From assembly GCA_041495865.1 (NCBI GenBank), contig JBGQDL010000002.1:1-58850 (forward strand): DNA of 58,850 bases, written 5' to 3'. The position numbers and the translations under genes are program-made. A model generated the notes under the pieces. The model saw nothing but the letters and a program-made list of their open reading frames with translations, ran no database searches and was not told the origin of the DNA. Origin of the DNA: Thermoanaerobaculia bacterium (GTDB lineage: Bacteria > Acidobacteriota > Thermoanaerobaculia > UBA5066). Below, piece after piece: positions 53,338-58,850 of the stretch; positions within the stretch are counted from its first letter, which is position 1, and each line of letters starts with the position of its first letter.

Positions 53338-54558
53338 ATGTCGAAGAAGATCAAATGGATCCTGGCGGCCGGCGGCGTGGTTCTGCTCGCGGGCGGGGGT
53401 GTCCTCCTCGCCTCACGCGGCAAGGACAAGGCCAAGGGGCCCGACCAGCCCCCCTTCCGGATCGGGAAGGTGCAGGCGGAGGACCTCCAGGTGAGCGTCC
53501 GCGAGGTCGGTGTCGTCGACCCCGAGACGAAGGTCGACGTGAAGTCCGTCGTGTCGGGGCGGATCGTCGCCCTGAAGGTCCGGGACGGAGCCGTCGTGAA
53601 ATCCGGCGACATCCTCGCCGAAGTCGAGCCCGACGTCACCCAGGCCCAGTCGCTGTCCGACGTGAGGGCCGGCGTGACGCAGGCCGAGGTCGGTCTGAAG
53701 GACGCCGAGCGCCAGCTCCGCTCCCAGGAGCGGCTCTTCAAGGAAGACCTCATCGGCAGCGAGACGCTGAAGGACTTCGTCACGAAGCGCGATCTCGCGG
53801 CCGAGAACCTCAAGGCCGCGCGGCAGCGGTACGAGATCGTCGAGGGGCACGGCATCCCGATCTCCGGCGACGCGCTGACCCAGCGCGCGCGCGTGACGAG
53901 CCCGATGTCCGGCGTCGTCATCACGAAAGGAGTCGAGCTGGGCGAGACCGTGACATCGGGAGTGTCGTCCTTCAACGCGGGCACGATCCTCTTCACGGTG
54001 GCCGACCTCAAGACGCTCCTCATCAAGGTCAACCTCAACGAAGTCGACATCGCGAAGGTAAAAGTGGGCCAGCCCGTGCGGATCACGCTCGACGCGTATC
54101 CCCAGAAGGTCTTCACGGGCAAGGTGCGTTTCGTGGCGCCCGCCGCGAAGCTCCAGGACAAGATCAAGGTCTTCCCCGTCGAGGTGACGCTGGACGAGCT
54201 CGGGGATTCGTATCGCACGGGCATGAGCGCGAACGTCGAGATCCTCGGCGAGAAGCGGGAAAAGGCCGTCTCGATTCCGCTGGAGGCGCTCCAGCGCGCG
54301 GACGGGAAGACCGTCGCCTACCGCCTGAAGAGCGACTTGAAGCCCAAGCAGATCGCCACCGCGAAGGAAGGCCTCAACGGGCGCGGCAAGTATGTGTGGC
54401 TCTCGGACCACTGGAAGGACTATTACGAGGTGGTGCCCGTTGCCGCCGGCATCGCGACGCTCGAGCGCGTCGAGATCCTGGCGGGTCTCAAGGGAGGCGA
54501 GCAGGTCGCCCTTGAAGACCCGACGAAGAAGAAGGTCGAAAAGGACGACGACAACTGA
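53338..54558 (+). CDS. efflux transporter periplasmic adaptor (HlyD/MacA family)
   Basis: N-terminal anchor, coiled-coil segment and beta-barrel motifs (GDILAEVEP..., PMSGVVITKGVELGETV) are present. Confidence 0.85.
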   Translation: MSKKIKWILAAGGVVLLAGGGVLLASRGKDKAKGPDQPPFRIGKVQAEDLQVSVREVGVVDPETKVDVKSVVSGRIVALKVRDGAVVKSGDILAEVEPDVTQAQSLSDVRAGVTQAEVGLKDAERQLRSQERLFKEDLIGSETLKDFVTKRDLAAENLKAARQRYEIVEGHGIPISGDALTQRARVTSPMSGVVITKGVELGETVTSGVSSFNAGTILFTVADLKTLLIKVNLNEVDIAKVKVGQPVRITLDAYPQKVFTGKVRFVAPAAKLQDKIKVFPVEVTLDELGDSYRTGMSANVEILGEKREKAVSIPLEALQRADGKTVAYRLKSDLKPKQIATAKEGLNGRGKYVWLSDHWKDYYEVVPVAAGIATLERVEILAGLKGGEQVALEDPTKKKVEKDDDN

Positions 54559-54559
54559 C

Positions 54560-55255
54560 ATGCACCCGATCATCGAGACACACGGCCTGACGAAGGTCTT
54601 CGGAGCGAACGGCATGGCCGTGCACGCGCTCTGCGGCATCGACCTCACCGTTTCGGCCGGCGAGTTCGTGGCTCTCGTGGGCCCCTCGGGCTCAGGCAAA
54701 TCGACTCTCATGGCGATCATCGGCTGCCTCGACTCCCCGACCGAAGGCTCGTACGCGATCGACGGCACGAACGTGGAAGGCCTCTCGGGGGCAGCGCTCG
54801 CGCGCATCCGCAACGAGAAGGTCGGCTTCGTCTTCCAGAACTACAACCTGCTGCCGAAGGCGTCGATCGTGCGAAACGTCGAGCTGCCGCTCCTCTACGC
54901 GGGCCTCGGCCGCAAGGAACGCCGGCGCCGCGCGCTCGAGCTCCTCGAGCGCGTCGGGATCCCCGAGAAGGCGAACGTGCTGCCCGCCGTGCTCTCGGGC
55001 GGCCAGCGCCAGCGCGTCGCGATCGCGCGCGCCCTCGCGAATACGCCCGCGCTGCTCCTCGCCGACGAGCCGACGGGCGCCCTCGACTCGAAGACGGGCG
55101 AGGAGGTCCTCGCCCTCTTCAAGGAGCTCCACCGGCAGGGGAACTCCGTCATGCTCGTGACGCACGACGCGCACATCGCGTCCCTGGCCGAACGGCGGGT
55201 CGAGCTGCGCGACGGCCTGATCGTCTCGGACGTCTCGGAGAAGCGGGCGGCCTGA
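54560..55255 (+). CDS. ABC transporter ATP-binding protein (MacB/LolD-type)
   Basis: GPSGSGKST is Walker [16 protein letters not shown] is the signature. [12 protein letters not shown] is Walker B. Confidence 0.9.
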   Translation: MHPIIETHGLTKVFGANGMAVHALCGIDLTVSAGEFVALVGPSGSGKSTLMAIIGCLDSPTEGSYAIDGTNVEGLSGAALARIRNEKVGFVFQNYNLLPKASIVRNVELPLLYAGLGRKERRRRALELLERVGIPEKANVLPAVLSGGQRQRVAIARALANTPALLLADEPTGALDSKTGEEVLALFKELHRQGNSVMLVTHDAHIASLAERRVELRDGLIVSDVSEKRAA

Positions 55256-56502
55256 TGTTCAGCGGCGCCTTCCGCGAGCGCCTCGCGGGCGCCTGGGTCG
55301 AGATTCGCGAGAACCTCGGCCGGTCGACGCTCCAGACGCTCGGGGTCGTCCTGGGCGTCGCATCCGTGCTCGGGGGCTTCTCCATCTCCGACAGCCAGCG
55401 GCGCCGCTCCGACGAGCGCTGGGTGAAGCTCGGAGGAATGGACCGGCTGAACGTCCAGCAGTCCGAGGCGATCCGCGACGGACGCCCCACGGCGCTTCAG
55501 ACGGCGAACCTCGGCCTGCGCGCCGAGGACGCCGAAGAGGGCGGGGCTCTGGACGCGAAAGCCGTCTCCGGCGTCATGCAGCAGAAATTCGCGCGGGCGC
55601 GCGTGCGGTCGGCCCAAGCCGACCAGGACCGGCAGCTCACCGGCATCGGCGGCGACTATCTGGCCCTCAACGGCTACACCGTCGAGAAGGGGCGGGGGTT
55701 CTCCGCGGAGGAGCTCGAGACCGGAGGGCCGGTCGCCCTCCTCGGCGCCGAGGCCGCGGCGACATTCTTTCCGACGGGAAACGCCGTCGGCCAGACGATC
55801 CGGCTCGGCGACATCCCCGTCGTCGTCGTCGGCACGTTCGCGGAAAAGATCTTCCGGTTTCGCGACAACCAGGGCAACCAGTTCGCGTGGCGGAACCGGA
55901 TCGTGGCCGTCCCGTCGACGCTCGTCGCGCGGCGGATGCAGGGCGACCGGTGGCAGCGCGTCGACCGGGTGGCATTTCGGATCCGAGACCTGAACGTCAT
56001 GAAGACGTTCAGCGAGGGCCTCGAGGCGCTCCTGAAAGGCAACCACCGCCAGCAGGAGGACTTCCGCATCGACGACATCGCCGCGCGCGTGCGCAAGCGG
56101 CGGAGCCAGGGCGACGTCTACAACATCATCTTCATGCTCTCGGGCGTACTGTCGCTCATCGGAGGCGGCATGGTGAACGTGAACATCCAGATGGCGACGC
56201 TCAAGGAACGCGTGCGCGAGGTCGGCGTCAAGATGGCGATCGGGGCTTCGGGCCGCGAGGTGTTCAAGGAGTTCATGACCGAGGCGCTCCTCCTCACGGG
56301 CTTCGGCGCCGTCGCGGGCTTCGCGGCCGGCGTCGCGTTCTCGAAGATCATCACGTCGTTCCTCGAAATCCCGCTCTTCATGCAGCCCACGAGCTTCCTC
56401 TGGGCATTTCTGCTCGCGGCGGCGTTCGGTTTTGCGTTCGCCCTGTACCCCGCGTGGAAGGCGAGCCGGCTGTCCCCGATGGAAGCGCTGCGCTATGAAT
56501 AG
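55255..56502 (+). CDS. ABC transporter permease (MacB_PCD + FtsX)
   Basis: Layout is TM1, a large periplasmic domain, then three C-terminal TMs ending ...[18 protein letters not shown]. Confidence 0.85.
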   Translation: MFSGAFRERLAGAWVEIRENLGRSTLQTLGVVLGVASVLGGFSISDSQRRRSDERWVKLGGMDRLNVQQSEAIRDGRPTALQTANLGLRAEDAEEGGALDAKAVSGVMQQKFARARVRSAQADQDRQLTGIGGDYLALNGYTVEKGRGFSAEELETGGPVALLGAEAAATFFPTGNAVGQTIRLGDIPVVVVGTFAEKIFRFRDNQGNQFAWRNRIVAVPSTLVARRMQGDRWQRVDRVAFRIRDLNVMKTFSEGLEALLKGNHRQQEDFRIDDIAARVRKRRSQGDVYNIIFMLSGVLSLIGGGMVNVNIQMATLKERVREVGVKMAIGASGREVFKEFMTEALLLTGFGAVAGFAAGVAFSKIITSFLEIPLFMQPTSFLWAFLLAAAFGFAFALYPAWKASRLSPMEALRYE

Positions 56503-57817
56503 GGAGTCGGTCTCCAACTTCGAAGAAACTCCCGTCGGCCACACGGCTGCTGGGACGAGCCCCATCGCGGTTCGTCGTCTGTCTTTGGGAGCCCGATTGG
56601 GTCTCTTCTGGGAAGTCATCGCCGGCGGATTCGTGGAGCTGTGGGCGCACAAGCTGCGCTCGCTCCTCACGCTGACGCTCCTCATGCTCGGCGTCTTCGC
56701 GCTCGTCGTCATGACGTCCGTTCTCGACGGCGTCCTCGACAAGGTCTCGACCGGCTTCGCGGGCATGAGCTGGGACGGCACCGTCGTGATCCAGCCGAAG
56801 ACGGCCGAGACGACCGAAGAGCAGAAGCGCTTCGCGATGAGCCCGGGGTTGCGCTACGAGGACCTCGCGCGTCTCGCGACGCCGCATCCGTCGGTCGTCG
56901 CGTTCCTGCCGCGCGCCACGAAGCGCACGAGCGTGAGGGTGGCCGGCGGCACGGAGCGCATGTGGGTCACGGGCCTGACACCCGACTACGCACTCCTCAT
57001 GAACCGCCCGATCGCCGCGGGCCGCGGCCTCACCGAGGACGACCGCCGCCGCCACAGCACCGTGGCCGTCGTGGGCTCGACGCTGGGCTCGAAGCTGTTC
57101 GGCGGCGCGGACCCCATCGGCCGCGACGTCCTCGTGGACGGCGTGCCGTTCCGGATCGTGGGCCTGCAGGGGCCGCTCCAGATCTTCAACGAGGAGCTGT
57201 GGCTCGATTCGAACGGCCTCATGATCCCTCTCGAAACGTACATGGACCGGATGGACGCGGACCACAAGCTCACGAACGTGGCCGTGAAGCTGCGGAAAAA
57301 GAGCGACCTCAACGACGTCACCGCGCTCGTCCTCGGGCGCTCGAAGCAGGCGCACCATGGCATCGAGGACGTGGAGATCAAGGACCTCGAGTCCGAGGCG
57401 GCGAAGAGCTACGCGGGCTTCCTGGAAGAGATGCGCGGCTGGCGCGTCGTCCTCTCCAGCCTCGCGGGGACCGTCCTCCTCGTGGGCGGCGTGGGCGTGC
57501 TGTCCGTCATGCTCATCTCGTTCTCGGATCGCAAGTACGAGATCGGCCTCCGCAAGTCGCTGGGCGCCTCCGATCACGAGATCTTCGTGCAGTTCCTCCT
57601 GGAGGCCTGCGTCCTCGCCGCGCTCGGGGCGAGCCTGGGCACCCTCAGCGGCGCGGCGCTCTGCCGCGCCCTCTCGCCGATGTTCCCGTGGGGCCTCGTC
57701 GTGAACCCGATGGGCCTCGCGGTCGCGTGGGCCGTGGCGATCGGCCTCGCGCTCGTCTTCGGCCTCTACCCCGCGATCCGCGCCTCACGCCTCTCGCCGA
57801 TGGAGGCGATGCGCTAG
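56495..57817 (+). CDS. ABC transporter permease (MacB_PCD + FtsX), second copy
   Basis: Same architecture, ending ...[16 protein letters not shown]. The ATG at 56495 overlaps the upstream gene by 8 nt. Confidence 0.85.
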   Translation: MNRESVSNFEETPVGHTAAGTSPIAVRRLSLGARLGLFWEVIAGGFVELWAHKLRSLLTLTLLMLGVFALVVMTSVLDGVLDKVSTGFAGMSWDGTVVIQPKTAETTEEQKRFAMSPGLRYEDLARLATPHPSVVAFLPRATKRTSVRVAGGTERMWVTGLTPDYALLMNRPIAAGRGLTEDDRRRHSTVAVVGSTLGSKLFGGADPIGRDVLVDGVPFRIVGLQGPLQIFNEELWLDSNGLMIPLETYMDRMDADHKLTNVAVKLRKKSDLNDVTALVLGRSKQAHHGIEDVEIKDLESEAAKSYAGFLEEMRGWRVVLSSLAGTVLLVGGVGVLSVMLISFSDRKYEIGLRKSLGASDHEIFVQFLLEACVLAALGASLGTLSGAALCRALSPMFPWGLVVNPMGLAVAWAVAIGLALVFGLYPAIRASRLSPMEAMR

Positions 57818-57833
57818 ACCCTAAGATCCGCGA

Positions 57834-58847
57834 ATGGCCGGTCGCAGAAGAACCAGCGTCCATCCGCTGAGCACCCGCTCCCTGCGCGCCGCCGCCGCGC
57901 GCCTCCGCCGCGGCGAGGTCGTCGCGTTTCCCACGGAGACGGTCTACGGCCTCGGCGCGAACGCACTCGACGCGAGCGCGGTCGCGAAGATCTTCGCAGC
58001 GAAGCGGCGGCCTCCCGACAATCCGATCATCGTTCATGTCAGCGATTTGAAGATGCTTAGAAAGGTCGCGAGGGGTGTGTCACCGCGCGCGAAGACACTC
58101 ATCGCGCGATTCTGGCCCGGCCCGCTGACTCTCATTCTCTCTAAGAAATCTCTCGTTCCCTCGCTCGTCACCGCAGGCCTCGACACCGTTGCCGTGAGAA
58201 TGCCGGAGGGCATCGCACGCGACCTCGTCGCGGCCGCGGGCGTCCCGATTGCCGCTCCGAGCGCGAATGTCTCCGGCCGCCCGAGCCCCACGACGGCCGC
58301 GCACGTTGCAGAAGATTTCCCGGGTGTTTTCGTTCTGGACGGCGGATCGACGAAGTACGGCGTCGAGTCCACCGTCGTCGCGCTCGACCCGCCGAGGATC
58401 CTGCGGGAAGGGGCGATACCGGGGGATCTTCTTAGAAAGATGATTCCTGGGCTTCGGCTGCCCGCTTCGAGCGGGCGTCTCGCGGCGGGGGGCGGCGCTT
58501 TTTCTTCGAAGGTGCAAAGGCGCGCCGCGCAAAGTCCCGGCATGCGCTATGTCCACTACGCGCCGAGCCGCCCCCTCATTCTCTTTCTAAGAAAAGACGA
58601 CCTCGCGGCCTACTTCGCCAGTCACCCGCAGTCGCTCGTGCTTTGCCCTACGTGTCTTTCTTCTCTCTTTCCGAAGCAAAGAACTCTTGCCCTGGGCGCT
58701 TCTCCCGAGGGGATCGCACACGGGTTGTTCGCCGCGCTGCGCACGCGCCGGCGCGGCAGCGAGCTGCTGGTCCTTGCGATTCCACGGCGTGGCCTCGGCC
58801 GGACGATCATGGATCGTTTGACCCGCGCCGCGACGCGGATCGTCTAA
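57834..58847 (+). CDS. L-threonylcarbamoyladenylate synthase (Sua5/YwlC/TsaC type 2)
   Basis: VVAFPTETVYGLGANA...KIFAAKRRPPDNPIIVHV...FWPGPLT...APSANVSGRPSPT is present, plus a C-terminal Sua5 domain. Confidence 0.9.
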   Translation: MAGRRRTSVHPLSTRSLRAAAARLRRGEVVAFPTETVYGLGANALDASAVAKIFAAKRRPPDNPIIVHVSDLKMLRKVARGVSPRAKTLIARFWPGPLTLILSKKSLVPSLVTAGLDTVAVRMPEGIARDLVAAAGVPIAAPSANVSGRPSPTTAAHVAEDFPGVFVLDGGSTKYGVESTVVALDPPRILREGAIPGDLLRKMIPGLRLPASSGRLAAGGGAFSSKVQRRAAQSPGMRYVHYAPSRPLILFLRKDDLAAYFASHPQSLVLCPTCLSSLFPKQRTLALGASPEGIAHGLFAALRTRRRGSELLVLAIPRRGLGRTIMDRLTRAATRIV

Positions 58848-58850
58848 GGG

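Noticed and set aside
52407-54224. 605-aa minus-strand ORF, plus the 52656..54515 and 54895..56781 long ORFs
   Set aside because: Only the last 282 codons of the 605-aa ORF (proB) are real. The others are antisense to the HlyD, ABC and permease genes.
1-58850. Search for tRNA, rRNA, CRISPR arrays, transposases, integrases and prophage genes
   Set aside because: Intergenic spaces are short (mostly under 120 nt). I saw no tandem direct repeats with spacers, no cloverleaf-like sequence and no recombinase motifs. Absence was judged by eye only.

Overview
High-GC bacterial chromosomal window with about 60 coding regions. I found no rRNA, tRNA, CRISPR array, transposase or integrase by eye. Many long ORFs in the six-frame track are Arg/Pro/Gly-rich antisense or alternate-frame artefacts and are not called. 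Layout: (i) 1-11 kb holds alkylation repair (Ada-AlkA fusion, Ogt), an amidohydrolase, USP, a vapBC toxin-antitoxin pair, an RmlC-like cupin, an APC permease, an AidB-like acyl-CoA dehydrogenase and an aldo/keto reductase. (ii) 11.0-32.7 kb is a Wzx-type polysaccharide biosynthesis locus. It encodes a WecA-like initiating transferase, an SDR epimerase, seven glycosyltransferases, a methyltransferase, an AsnB-type amidotransferase, a flippase, a candidate polymerase and a GT-C enzyme interrupted by an in-frame TAG. (iii) 32.7-58.8 kb is mostly housekeeping: pcnB, two ECF sigma/anti-sigma pairs, a metallophosphoesterase-cupredoxin-cytochrome c operon, typA, mutL, pepP-like, ALDH, proBA, a MacAB-like ABC efflux set and Sua5/TsaC. 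The main candidate for a new system is a translationally coupled five-gene module at 15316-18794, at the head of the polysaccharide operon. It has a DltC-like carrier protein, a double hot-dog (LnmK-like) protein where DltA would be expected, a membrane-anchored SGNH (DltD-like) protein, a DltB-sized MBOAT, and an uncalled 36-codon micro-ORF ending in FIYRGF (a DltX-type FxYxxF tail). I read this as a Dlt-like transmembrane acyl relay with a non-adenylating loader that decorates a polysaccharide. Secondary observations: gene relics and a duplicated junction showing cassette insertion in the locus; a recurrent AT-rich motif TTTCTT[A/C]GAA[A/G]G inside coding regions of the right-hand 24 kb; an ECF sigma gene with no canonical start codon; and a rhomboid-fold protein that seems to lack catalytic residues. 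All functional calls rest on motif recognition from the translations. No database search was possible.
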